64,000 bases of DNA, from the NCBI GenBank assembly GCA_947627415.1, contig CANQVU010000001.1:28369-92368 (forward strand), in the 5' to 3' direction. Source of the DNA: an uncultured Clostridia bacterium (GTDB taxonomy: Bacteria > Bacillota > Clostridia > TANB77 > CAG-508). Both the position numbers and the translations under genes were made by a program. The notes under the pieces were generated by a model. It saw nothing but the letters and a program-made list of their open reading frames with translations. It was not told the DNA's origin and did not search any database. Shown piece by piece: positions 52,683 through 62,363 of the stretch (the stretch's first letter is position 1; every line of letters begins with the position of its first letter).

Positions 52683-53828
52683 TTAAACTGGATATGCATT
52701 GCTTCCAGGTCCTTCTTTTGCTGGATTTTCTTCTTTTTTTATAATTGAATTTATTAATAGTTCAAGATTCTTCGTTGCATTAGTGGCTGTCCAAATATTT
52801 GCCATTGTTCTATATGCATTTATAGAAAATCTTTCTCTCTTTTCTTTATTCTCTATTAATTCAATGGTTTTGTTATATAAATCTTTAAAATTTGAATAAG
52901 AATATCCATTATTACCATTGTTTATAAGGAAAGGTACTCCTCCTATTCCTCTATATGCAATTACTGCGCATCCACTGTTTAACGCTTCATTTAACACTAC
53001 TCCCCATCTTTCTGTTTTATCACTGGTGCATATGAATATATTAGATTTTTCCATATAATTTCTAACTTTATCGGTATCTACAGCTCCAACTAAATTAATC
53101 TCTTTATTTAAATTGTATTTATCAATTTGAGTTTTAATTTTAGTAAATAAAGGACCATTTCCTAGCATATCTATCTCAAAATTATATCCATTTTTCTTCA
53201 ATTTTCTAGCTAATTTTATTACATCTCCTGGATGTTTCCAATTTAAAAAACGTCCTACCCAAATTATATTTATTTTATCATTTTCTTTTTTTGCTAATAA
53301 CTCTTTTTCATCATAAATTTTTGTCTCAGGAAAATATCCCCATTTAAAACATTTATCAATATACATGCCAAATTTATTGAAATCATTTGGTCCATAGCTA
53401 CTTGCACATAATAAATATAAATTTTTATTTTTTCTATATTTAAAATGCTTGTTATAAACTATTTTTAAATTCTTAAAATCAAATATACTAAATATTCCTT
53501 TATAAAATATTCTAGCATAATATCTAAATGTTAATTTATCTTGTTTTAACCTTTCTGTTATATATTCATCAGTTTTAGTTGATCCCATTATAACTACATC
53601 GCTATCTAATGCAAGATCAATTGCTTCTTTGTATTTTTCATCACTTTCATAGGCTCTTAAAACAAATGAATAGTCGTTATCCATGTCTTTGTATCCTAAA
53701 TTTAATCTTTCTTCAGGTATTTTTTCTGTTGATACAAATTTAAAATCATTTCCATACTTTTTATACATTTCTAAGCAAAATGGTAATTGATGATGTGTTA
53801 AAAAGTTAGAATAAAATGATATTTTCAT
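52683..53828 (-). CDS. glycosyltransferase (GT4-like, GT-B fold)
   Basis: The start MKISFYSNF follows RBS gggagg. The C-terminal half reads E(R)WGVVLNEALNSGCAVIA, like an EX7E motif. Confidence 0.75.
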   Translation of the reverse strand: MKISFYSNFLTHHQLPFCLEMYKKYGNDFKFVSTEKIPEERLNLGYKDMDNDYSFVLRAYESDEKYKEAIDLALDSDVVIMGSTKTDEYITERLKQDKLTFRYYARIFYKGIFSIFDFKNLKIVYNKHFKYRKNKNLYLLCASSYGPNDFNKFGMYIDKCFKWGYFPETKIYDEKELLAKKENDKINIIWVGRFLNWKHPGDVIKLARKLKKNGYNFEIDMLGNGPLFTKIKTQIDKYNLNKEINLVGAVDTDKVRNYMEKSNIFICTSDKTERWGVVLNEALNSGCAVIAYRGIGGVPFLINNGNNGYSYSNFKDLYNKTIELIENKEKRERFSINAYRTMANIWTATNATKNLELLINSIIKKEENPAKEGPGSNAYPV

Positions 53829-53850
53829 ATAATTCCTCCCTTTCAAGTAC

Positions 53851-54684
53851 TTATTTTTTAATTCTATCTATTAAATATGGAATTTTACTCTCAAAATTAA
53901 CTCCGTATGCATCTTCCTTTTTTATTAAATATGTGTCATAAATAGTTTCCCAAACATAATCTACTGCAATTTTTAGGGCTTCTTCTAGAGAATTATTATT
54001 TAGTATTGCACCAACTAATGTACTAGAAAATACATCTCCTGTCCCATGATATTTTGTAGGTATTTTGTCTCTAAAATATGTAAAGAACTTATTAGTTTCT
54101 TTATTATATGCCATAACTCCTAAGTCGTTTTCTTTGAAACTAACACCTGTAAGTATTGCATATTTTGGACCTAAATTAGTTAATTCAATAAGTATTTCTT
54201 TTATTTCTTCTTCTGTATATTTTTCATTATACTCTCTTTCTAACATATAGCTTGCTTCTGTTAGATTTGGAACTACTATATCAGCCATCTTGCATAATTC
54301 TTTCATTTCTAAAGCAAATTGCCTATTAAATCCAGTATATAATTTTCCATTGTCTCCCATTACAGGATCTATAAATATAAAGTTATTGTCTGTTTTAAAC
54401 TGTTTGAAAAAGTCTTTTAACATCTCTATTTGTTCAATTGAACCTAAATAACCTGTATAAATTGCTTCAAAATTAATATTTTCTTCTTTCCAATGTTTTG
54501 CAATTTCAAGTATATCACTACTTAAATCTCTAAACGTAAATCTTTTAAACATTGTATGTGTTGAAAGAACAGCTGTTGGAATAACTGCTGTTTCTATTCC
54601 CATTGCTGATATTATTGGAAGCGCTACTGTAAGAGAACATTTTCCTAGACATGATATATCTTGAATTGTTACTAGTCTTTTCAT
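53851..54684 (-). CDS. pdxK: pyridoxal/pyridoxamine kinase
   Basis: Starts MKRLVTIQDISCLGKCSL after RBS ggagag. Has the ribokinase-like C-terminal HGTGDVFSS motif. Confidence 0.85.
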   Translation of the reverse strand: MKRLVTIQDISCLGKCSLTVALPIISAMGIETAVIPTAVLSTHTMFKRFTFRDLSSDILEIAKHWKEENINFEAIYTGYLGSIEQIEMLKDFFKQFKTDNNFIFIDPVMGDNGKLYTGFNRQFALEMKELCKMADIVVPNLTEASYMLEREYNEKYTEEEIKEILIELTNLGPKYAILTGVSFKENDLGVMAYNKETNKFFTYFRDKIPTKYHGTGDVFSSTLVGAILNNNSLEEALKIAVDYVWETIYDTYLIKKEDAYGVNFESKIPYLIDRIKK

Positions 54685-54799
54685 TTTATCTCTCCGTTTC
54701 ATATACAAATATCTCTATTTGCTATTCTATCATATATATTTTTTATTTACAATATAAAAAAGAAAGAGCTATGTGGCCAGTACAGTAGCTCTTTCTTTT

Positions 54800-55216
54800 T
54801 TAATTAAAAATTTTCAAATCTTTATCATCAATCCTCTTTGCCCTAATATAAGTATTATTGATTATTGCAATAATAAGGCAATCAGGACCTTCTAAAAAAA
54901 TAATATCTGAAAGTGGTTCAAAAAGTGAAATAATTTCTTTACACCTATTGTCCTTTACATGCAAATGCAAAGGATATTCTCTTTTTAACATATTAATAAT
55001 CTTATTTGATATTCCATCAAATAGAATATATAATACAAATAATAGAATCAGTACACCAAAAAGGCAATATGATATTTTTTTAAATTTCATATTATTTATA
55101 GTATAAATAAATGTGAAAATAAATATCACAAAAGTTATTGGCATACTTTTTAGTATTGTTTCTTGTAAATTCCCAAGAAAATTTATGAACCGTATCTTTC
55201 TATCTAATTTTTTCAT
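54800..55216 (-). CDS. hypothetical membrane protein
   Basis: Starts MKKLDRKIRF after RBS ggagga; two TM helices. Confidence 0.5.
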   Translation of the reverse strand: MKKLDRKIRFINFLGNLQETILKSMPITFVIFIFTFIYTINNMKFKKISYCLFGVLILLFVLYILFDGISNKIINMLKREYPLHLHVKDNRCKEIISLFEPLSDIIFLEGPDCLIIAIINNTYIRAKRIDDKDLKIFN

Positions 55217-55340
55217 AGAAAATGATCCTCCTTCTGAATTATCAGAAAATAAAGAAGTGTGAACTGGCCTCACACTATAGTATTAACAGAATGCTCTGTT
55301 AATACTAATTTTACAATAAATTTACATAAATGTCAATTTT

Positions 55341-55367
55341 AAAAGAGTGGTATAACCTCACTCTTTT
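55341..55367 (-). terminator. terminator hairpin
   Basis: aaaagagtg / cactctttt stem. Confidence 0.6.
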
Positions 55368-55373
55368 AAAATT

Positions 55374-55487
55374 TTATATATTATTATTTATTATATATAG
55401 ACCTAAAGCTACTAAACATACAGCAAATAGGTCTATATATTGAGCTATTGTACTTATAAATGCATTTAATATTACTATTGCTATCAT
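55374..55487 (-). CDS. putative 37-aa hydrophobic peptide translationally coupled to the MFS gene
   Basis: MIAIVILNAFISTIAQYIDLFAVCLVALGLYIINNNI. Its ATG overlaps the MFS stop as ATGA. A terminator follows. Confidence 0.35.
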   Translation of the reverse strand: MIAIVILNAFISTIAQYIDLFAVCLVALGLYIINNNI

Positions 55488-56713
55488 TTATTCTCCTCTT
55501 TATTATTCCTAAAATTCAACATTGAATATAATCTCATAGCTATAAAAATTTCTATTATTGCTAAAACTCCTAATACAACTATTACATATATTATGTCCCA
55601 TTTTAATAAAATTGCTGATGCTAGAAAAGTACAAATTGTGGTACCAAGTTTCCTTGAAAATTGCATATATGAAATAGCTTCTTGTGCTTCTTGTGGTTCC
55701 GTTAGTTTTAGGATTGTATCACTTGTATACAATGCGAAAGGCTCTCTAACAGCAAGTATTATACAAAATCCTATTGCCATTAATATAAATTTTAGTAACA
55801 TAAATTTAATAAAATATCCTATTACAATAAATAGAAAAGACGAGAAAAGTATAGTTGTCAAAATTAATAATGCTCTGTCTTTTATTTTGTAATAAACTTT
55901 TCCAAAAAATACGGAACCTAAAAATCTTGATAGTCTAGAAAAAGAAACTATTATACTTAAATAAATTGAAACTTTAGCGATGTCATAAATATTTGTTAAT
56001 TGATATTGAATTAATAATTTCTCATTTTCTTGTCCACATACTATTAATCCATAAAATACTGCATAACTAATAAAAATAATCCACATAGTTTTGTTAATCT
56101 TCATTCTTTTCTTCTTATGTTTTTCATCTATAATATCGTTTTTTGATATATCTTTCATATAATAAAGGTATATTATAAATGAAACCATACAAACTGTTAT
56201 ACATAAAAGCATTGGTATATATGGATTAATGTTAAATAGAGCTCCAGAAATTAAAGCAACAATCAATGTTAAAAAGGCATATACATTCATTTTTTTATTT
56301 GTTATTTTCGCATAATCATCTGCCTTTCCTAAAATCTTTAAATTGTTTTTAAGCATTACATCTTCCATGTCTTTAAATATAAATGCAATTTCGTAAATTA
56401 TTTTTCCTATTAAAATCCATGCATATGATGTCCCAAAAGTTATAAATAAACTTGATAATAACAAAAGTCCCATTCCTAATCTAACAGATTTTGTATTTCC
56501 AATTTTCTTTATAATTCTTATGAATGTTGCTCTACATATTACTGAAAATATTGATGATATAGATGTTAAAAATACAATTTGTTGGGCAGATAATCCTTTT
56601 GCAACAGTAAAAAACAATGTATCTATTGCTATAAAAAATAGTAAATCATCTGTAAAACCTTTTAATATTGGATATATTTTTACGAATTTATTCAAATATT
56701 TTTCTTGTTCCAT
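55484..56713 (-). CDS. MFS transporter
   Basis: About 12 TM helices. The start MEQEKYLNKF follows RBS agggga. Confidence 0.8.
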   Translation of the reverse strand: MEQEKYLNKFVKIYPILKGFTDDLLFFIAIDTLFFTVAKGLSAQQIVFLTSISSIFSVICRATFIRIIKKIGNTKSVRLGMGLLLLSSLFITFGTSYAWILIGKIIYEIAFIFKDMEDVMLKNNLKILGKADDYAKITNKKMNVYAFLTLIVALISGALFNINPYIPMLLCITVCMVSFIIYLYYMKDISKNDIIDEKHKKKRMKINKTMWIIFISYAVFYGLIVCGQENEKLLIQYQLTNIYDIAKVSIYLSIIVSFSRLSRFLGSVFFGKVYYKIKDRALLILTTILFSSFLFIVIGYFIKFMLLKFILMAIGFCIILAVREPFALYTSDTILKLTEPQEAQEAISYMQFSRKLGTTICTFLASAILLKWDIIYVIVVLGVLAIIEIFIAMRLYSMLNFRNNKEENK

Positions 56714-56882
56714 TTTATCCCCTAAATTTCTAATATTCTCCATAAACTGATACAATTTTAGCATAATACTTTTTTATTAGCAATAATTGTCATAAAAATG
56801 AAATAAAAATAGGGTAATGTAATAATACATACACATACCCTACTTTTTTATTCGTCTATAATTTACAAAAGTATTGTTTCTA

Positions 56883-57191
56883 TTATTTTAATTCATTTAA
56901 TATAACTTCTTTATTTGTTACTCCTACAAATCTTTTTATTTCTTTTCCATCTTTAAAAATTATTATAGTTGGTATACTCATTACGTTATATTTGATAGCT
57001 ATGTTTTCCTCTTCATCTACATTTAGTTTTCCTACTTTGATATTATTATTTTCTTCTGCTATGTTATCAATTATTGGTGACATCATTTTACATGGCGTGC
57101 ACCAATCTGCATAAAAGTCTACAATTGTTGTTTTATCTGAATTTAAAACTTCTGGCTCAAAATTATCGCTTGTTAATTTTAATACACTCAT
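56883..57191 (-). CDS. trxA: thioredoxin
   Basis: Starts MSVLKLTSDNF after RBS aggagg. The active site reads WCTPC. Confidence 0.88.
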   Translation of the reverse strand: MSVLKLTSDNFEPEVLNSDKTTIVDFYADWCTPCKMMSPIIDNIAEENNNIKVGKLNVDEEENIAIKYNVMSIPTIIIFKDGKEIKRFVGVTNKEVILNELK

Positions 57192-57213
57192 GTTTTGTCC
57201 TCCTTGTTTGGTA

Positions 57214-58002
57214 CTAATTAATATATATTTCTTCTTTTTCTTTAGTATTTGAACATACTTTAATATTAATATTTTTACCATTTATTTTATTATATATTCC
57301 ATAAACAATATAAAATGGTAATGTAGCTTGTAATACAACCATTACTAATGGAAATAGATTTCCTGATAAATTGTATATTATTTCTATAAATGTACCTGGA
57401 TAATTTTGTGATATAAACATTAAATTGCTGTCAAATACTAAATTTATTATATATGCTATACTACTTATTATAACTATTATTGCAGAATAATATGTAATAT
57501 CTTTTTTTTCAATTATTGTATATTTTGTTGTCAACATCAATATTCCTATATATATCATTGTTCCATGCAATATAAAACTATGTATGCTTATAAAATGGAA
57601 AGCTGGATAAGTTGTTAGTGATGTAAGTGGAAATATTAAAAATACCATTCCTGCTATAATTCCTCCTGTAGATAAAAATACATCCCCTACTTTTTTTATT
57701 GTACCTTTACAAAATCCACTAAATATTCCTGCATACAATATAAGACTGCAAAAATAAAGTGGTATGTATTTATTTACTGCTGTAAATCCATAATTAATAA
57801 TATTATATGTGATTTTTATTATTTCCAAAATCCATAAAATAATAGTGCTTTTTCTAATTATTTTTTTTACTTTATCTTTTTCAAAGTGACTGGTATATTT
57901 AAGAGCTACTGCTATGCAAATTACGGTTATTGCAAGCAATATAAAATGTTCTACTGAAAACATACCACAAGGAATTAGTTCTTCTGAATTTTTAAATAAC
58001 AT
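57214..58002 (-). CDS. YwaF/TIGR02206-like integral membrane protein
   Basis: 262 aa with about 7 TM helices; family assignment tentative. Confidence 0.45.
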   Translation of the reverse strand: MLFKNSEELIPCGMFSVEHFILLAITVICIAVALKYTSHFEKDKVKKIIRKSTIILWILEIIKITYNIINYGFTAVNKYIPLYFCSLILYAGIFSGFCKGTIKKVGDVFLSTGGIIAGMVFLIFPLTSLTTYPAFHFISIHSFILHGTMIYIGILMLTTKYTIIEKKDITYYSAIIVIISSIAYIINLVFDSNLMFISQNYPGTFIEIIYNLSGNLFPLVMVVLQATLPFYIVYGIYNKINGKNINIKVCSNTKEKEEIYIN

Positions 58003-58126
58003 TTTTTAGTCCACCTCTTTGCTACATATATTAATACATCTTATCTTTTAGTAATAAATTTATTCAGATTGATTATATATTATCATAAAAATCTTTAAAA
58101 ATAAAGGGAAGTAACTTTTAGACTAG

Positions 58127-58693
58127 TTACTTTACTATTTTTTTAATTTTACTATAAATATCATACCAGCTATAGCATCTTATTATGTTATTACCTTTAC
58201 AATTTTGGTTATATCTATTATCAAAGCATATTACTGGTATTAATTTAGATATTTTTAAAATTGTATTAGAATTATCTTCTATCATTAAATCTATATTATT
58301 ATCTCTGCAATACTCCACTTTTTTATCTGTAAAAACTAATTTATCATAATATATATTACTTTCTTTAAGCCAGTCAGTTGTCCAACTTTCACCGTTTTCA
58401 TATTTAGGATTTCTCGCAGTTATTATATGTATTTCATTTCCATCTTCTTTCAGTTTTTCTATTACTTCAGATGCAAATTCTCTTGTATATATCTTTTTAG
58501 TATAATAATCATCATATCTTGCCCAAAATTCTTTATGTGCACCTTTTTTTAAATTCAATATATCTTCAATCTCATATGCATTAGGATTTGCTATTTTATT
58601 TAGGTTGTTTTCAAAAGCAAACTTTGCTCCATAATCAAGATAGAATTTTGATATGTCTGTTAATACACCATCTATGTCTATCCCTATTCTCAT
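58127..58693 (-). CDS. HAD-superfamily 5'(3')-deoxyribonucleotidase-like protein
   Basis: Starts MRIGIDIDGVLTD after RBS ggagga. Paralogue of the next gene. Confidence 0.7.
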   Translation of the reverse strand: MRIGIDIDGVLTDISKFYLDYGAKFAFENNLNKIANPNAYEIEDILNLKKGAHKEFWARYDDYYTKKIYTREFASEVIEKLKEDGNEIHIITARNPKYENGESWTTDWLKESNIYYDKLVFTDKKVEYCRDNNIDLMIEDNSNTILKISKLIPVICFDNRYNQNCKGNNIIRCYSWYDIYSKIKKIVK

Positions 58694-58708
58694 ATTCTCC
58701 TCCAACAT

Positions 58709-59296
58709 TTATTTGTTTAGTTTATCTTTTATATTTCTATATTCTTTATATGCCTCTTTCCAAGTATTTACTTTAATAATATTTTCTCCTTTGCAGTCTT
58801 CATTTTGTAAGCCCTTAAAAACTATTACTGGTATTATTTTAGAAATAGAATTTACATTTTGAGGTTCATCATCCATTATTAAATCAATACCATTTTCTCT
58901 GCAGTATGTATATTTATCTTCACAGTTAACTATTATTTTATCATATACAATATTATTTTTATCTAAAAATCCTTTTGTTACTTTATATGGATCTATAAAA
59001 GTTGGTTCACTTCTTGCACTTATTATATATATTTCATTACCCTCATTTTTTATCTTTTCTATTATTTCTTTAGCATTTTCTTTTATTTCTGCCTGTAAAA
59101 CAATTTCTTGTAAATACTTATTACAAAAAACAAGGTTTTCTTCAGGTGTCCAATTATATAGCGTTCTTGATGAATAGCCTTTTTCATTCATTTTTAAATT
59201 TCTTTTTATAACTTCTTCATTATATCTTTTACAATACTCCTTTAATATTGGTAAAGTATTTGTTATTGTATTATCAATATCTATTCCTATCTTCAT
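58709..59296 (-). CDS. HAD-superfamily 5'(3')-deoxyribonucleotidase-like protein
   Basis: Carries MKIGIDIDNTITN, IISARS and MDDEP motifs. Confidence 0.7.
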   Translation of the reverse strand: MKIGIDIDNTITNTLPILKEYCKRYNEEVIKRNLKMNEKGYSSRTLYNWTPEENLVFCNKYLQEIVLQAEIKENAKEIIEKIKNEGNEIYIISARSEPTFIDPYKVTKGFLDKNNIVYDKIIVNCEDKYTYCRENGIDLIMDDEPQNVNSISKIIPVIVFKGLQNEDCKGENIIKVNTWKEAYKEYRNIKDKLNK

Positions 59297-59332
59297 AATT
59301 AATTAACTCCTATTTACAATAAATTCTAATAT

Positions 59333-59443
59333 TTATTTTCTATATATTCCATTTTCCGTTAAATCACAATCTATTCTTCCAGCCATTATTCCTTCAACAT
59401 TTGCTGTACTTTGGCCATGTCTTAAAAATGTTACTTCTACCAT
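59333..59443 (-). pseudogene. truncated histidine phosphatase (phosphoglycerate mutase family) remnant
   Basis: 36-codon ORF MVEVTFLRHGQSTANVEGIMAGRIDCDLTENGIYRK*. It carries the RHGxxxxN catalytic motif but only about 15-20% of a normal family member. Confidence 0.55.
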
Positions 59444-59495
59444 CTTTTATTTACCCCTTTATATCTTTTTTACTGTCTCATTTGCTGACTCACTC

Positions 59496-60638
59496 CTAAA
59501 TATTAATTAGTTTTTCTGTTTCTCTTCTTGTTCTTTTATCTAATTCTAGTATTTTATCTATTGTATCTAATTTTTCACCTTTATGCATTTCTAGCATATT
59601 TTCAATCATATTCGGAATATTTGTGTATTTTATTTTATTTTCTAAAAATGCATTTACTAACACTTCATCTGCTGCATTTAATACAACTTGATAGCTATGT
59701 CCTTTTTTTATTGCTTCAAAAGCTAGTTTTAAACATTTAAATTTTTCTAAGTCTGGTTTTTCAAATTCAAGAGTTTTTACTTGAAATAAGTCTAATTTTT
59801 CTAACTTGTTTTTTAACCTATTAGGATAATTTAATGCATAAGCTATTGGAATCTCCATTGATTTTGGTCCAATATTAGCCATAATTGTTCCATCTTCAAA
59901 TTGCACCATCGAATGTACTAAACTTTTTCTATGTACAACAACTTGAATTTTCTCAGGTTCTACACCAAATAGCCATTTTGCTTCTATTACTTCAAATCCT
60001 TTATTCATCATTGTAGCTGAATCTATCGTTACCTTTTTACCCATACTCCATGTTGGATGGTTTAGAGCCTCATCTACTGTTATATCATCCGTTATTTCTT
60101 TACCAAAGAATGGTCCACCAGAAGCAGTAAGTAGTATTTTATCAATAGGATTATTCTTTTCTCCATTTAAGCATTGCATTATTGCACTATGTTCACTATC
60201 TACGGTAAGTAGTGTTGCATTATTCTCTTTTGCAGTGTTTATAATTAACTCTCCACCTGCAACTAGCACTTCTTTGTTCGCAAGTGCTACTGTTTTACCG
60301 TGTTTTATCATGTTATATGTAGGTTCCAAACCTGCAATCCCTACAAGTGCAGATACTGCAATATCATAATCAGTTAAATTTGATATATCTTTCATTCCTT
60401 GTGTTTCATAATATACATCTAGATCCTTAAATTTTGACTTTAAAATTTTACTGTTTTCTTCTGATTTAATATATACATGTTTAGGGCTAAATTCATTTAT
60501 TTGCTCTATTAATTTTTCAACATTGTTTCCTGCAACTAATGTTACAACTTCAAATATTTCTTTGTTATTTCTAATTACATTTAAAGTACTAGTTCCTATT
60601 GAACCTGTTGAACCAAATATGCTAACGCGTTTTTTCAT
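59496..60638 (-). CDS. dxr: 1-deoxy-D-xylulose 5-phosphate reductoisomerase
   Basis: Starts MKKRVSIFGSTGSIGTST and carries LANKE, DSEHSA and NKG motifs. The track ORF has an upstream extension. Confidence 0.95.
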   Translation of the reverse strand: MKKRVSIFGSTGSIGTSTLNVIRNNKEIFEVVTLVAGNNVEKLIEQINEFSPKHVYIKSEENSKILKSKFKDLDVYYETQGMKDISNLTDYDIAVSALVGIAGLEPTYNMIKHGKTVALANKEVLVAGGELIINTAKENNATLLTVDSEHSAIMQCLNGEKNNPIDKILLTASGGPFFGKEITDDITVDEALNHPTWSMGKKVTIDSATMMNKGFEVIEAKWLFGVEPEKIQVVVHRKSLVHSMVQFEDGTIMANIGPKSMEIPIAYALNYPNRLKNKLEKLDLFQVKTLEFEKPDLEKFKCLKLAFEAIKKGHSYQVVLNAADEVLVNAFLENKIKYTNIPNMIENMLEMHKGEKLDTIDKILELDKRTRRETEKLINI

Positions 60639-60771
60639 TTTATTTCTCACTCCATTTAATTCTAGGGCGAAAAAGAAGCAAGTATTGCTAGGCAATTTTT
60701 AAAGAAAAACCGGAGACGTACTAAAGTACGTTGAGGCTTTTTATTTAAAAATTAACGACGCAAGACGTAGC

Positions 60772-61467
60772 TTATTTTTTGCACTCTTCATCTTTTAAAA
60801 ATTCTTTAATTATATTAATATCACTATATGTTGTTACTTTTATGTTTGTATAATCTCCTTCTATTATTTTAACTTTATATCCATCTTTTTCAAGAAGCAT
60901 ACAATCATCGGTTACCTCCGTATTTTTATATTTCTCATGTAAAACTAATAGAGTTTTTCTATCAAAACATTGTGGTGTTTGTACAATCCATGTATTACTT
61001 CTTTTTGTAGTATCAATTACTATTCCATTGTCGTCAGTAATTTTTATTGTATCTTTAGATTTTATACCTATTGTTACACCTTTAAAACTATTCATTTCTT
61101 CAATGCATTTACTAATATATTCTTGTTTTACTGCAGGTCTTGCACCATCATGAATAATTACAATGTCAGAAGCTGCTGTCTTTATTGCATTATACACCGA
61201 TTCTTGTCTCGAATTTCCACCAATTACTATATCTACTTTTTTGTTAATTTCTTCTTCATTTATAATTTTTTTAATAGTTTCTCTGTCTTCTTCTTTTATA
61301 ACTATAATTATATTATCAATATATGGATTGTTCTCAAAAACATTTATGCTGTATGACAATATAGTTTTACCATTTACAAGTTCAAAGTTTTTGTTTCTAT
61401 TTTTTCCAAATCTTGTGCTGTTTCCTGCAACTAATATTATTCCTGTTACTATTTTGTTTGATATCAC
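60772..61467 (-). CDS. ispD: 2-C-methyl-D-erythritol 4-phosphate cytidylyltransferase
   Basis: GIILVAGNSTRFG near the N-terminus, plus IHDGARP. Confidence 0.9.
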   Translation of the reverse strand: MISNKIVTGIILVAGNSTRFGKNRNKNFELVNGKTILSYSINVFENNPYIDNIIIVIKEEDRETIKKIINEEEINKKVDIVIGGNSRQESVYNAIKTAASDIVIIHDGARPAVKQEYISKCIEEMNSFKGVTIGIKSKDTIKITDDNGIVIDTTKRSNTWIVQTPQCFDRKTLLVLHEKYKNTEVTDDCMLLEKDGYKVKIIEGDYTNIKVTTYSDINIIKEFLKDEECKK

Positions 61468-62324
61468 AATATTTTCCCCCTTGAAGAATTATATGAGTTA
61501 CATATGTATGTTTTATATTTATCTTTTAAATTTTTATATGCAAATTTTACATCTTCTTTATTCCTAAATATACCAAAAACACATGACCCAGAACCTGACA
61601 GTAGCGCTCCTAGTGCATTGTTATTTATAAGTTCATCTTTTATTGATTTTGCATCTACAACCTCTTCAAATGAATTATATAAGTTATTTGCTAATAATTC
61701 AATATTGTTATTCTCTAAAGCGTTAATTAGATTTTCTGCAACATCTATTTTAAAACTTCTTTGTTTGCTATCTAATTTATTATACATCTCTTTTGTATTA
61801 CATGAAATCTCAGGTTTTACAACCAAAATATAATACTTAAAGTTTGTATTAATCTTAGTTATAACATTACCTATACCTTCTGCAAGAACGGCTTTGTTAT
61901 ACATACATGGTACTACATCTGCACCTAAGCTACTTCCTAAATCAGTAATTTCTTTTTTAGATAAATTTAAATTAAATAGTTTATTCATACCTAATATGAA
62001 GCTTGCACAATCTGTACTTCCACCTGCCAGTCCTGCTTGCATAGGTATTCTTTTGTTTAATATTACTTTCACTCCTGAAATGGCCCTAAATCTTTTCTTT
62101 AGTTTTATATATGCTTTATATATGATATTATCTTTACTATTTAATTCTTCAATATTAGTCTCTAATTCAAAATCATCATTTTTAGATTTGTATATATATA
62201 TTTCATCATATAAATTTATTTTTTGAAATACGGACTTTAAATTGTGATAATTATCTTCTCTTTTGTCCAATATTTCTAAGCTTAAATTTACTTTTGCTCT
62301 TGCCTTTATATAAACTTTATTCAT
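61464..62324 (-). CDS. ispE: 4-diphosphocytidyl-2-C-methyl-D-erythritol kinase
   Basis: ARAKVNLSLEI near the N-terminus, the GHMP motif PMQAGLAGGSTD, and SGSGS. Confidence 0.9.
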   Translation of the reverse strand: MNKVYIKARAKVNLSLEILDKREDNYHNLKSVFQKINLYDEIYIYKSKNDDFELETNIEELNSKDNIIYKAYIKLKKRFRAISGVKVILNKRIPMQAGLAGGSTDCASFILGMNKLFNLNLSKKEITDLGSSLGADVVPCMYNKAVLAEGIGNVITKINTNFKYYILVVKPEISCNTKEMYNKLDSKQRSFKIDVAENLINALENNNIELLANNLYNSFEEVVDAKSIKDELINNNALGALLSGSGSCVFGIFRNKEDVKFAYKNLKDKYKTYICNSYNSSRGKIL

Positions 62325-62363
62325 AACCGCTCCTCATTTTTTCCTTTTTTGGACGGACTAATT

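Noticed and set aside
60639-60695. N-terminal extension of dxr (MPSNTCFFFALELNGVRNK...).
   Set aside because: The canonical Dxr N-terminus (MKKRVSIFGSTGSIGTST) starts at 60638, and the extension runs through non-coding spacer.
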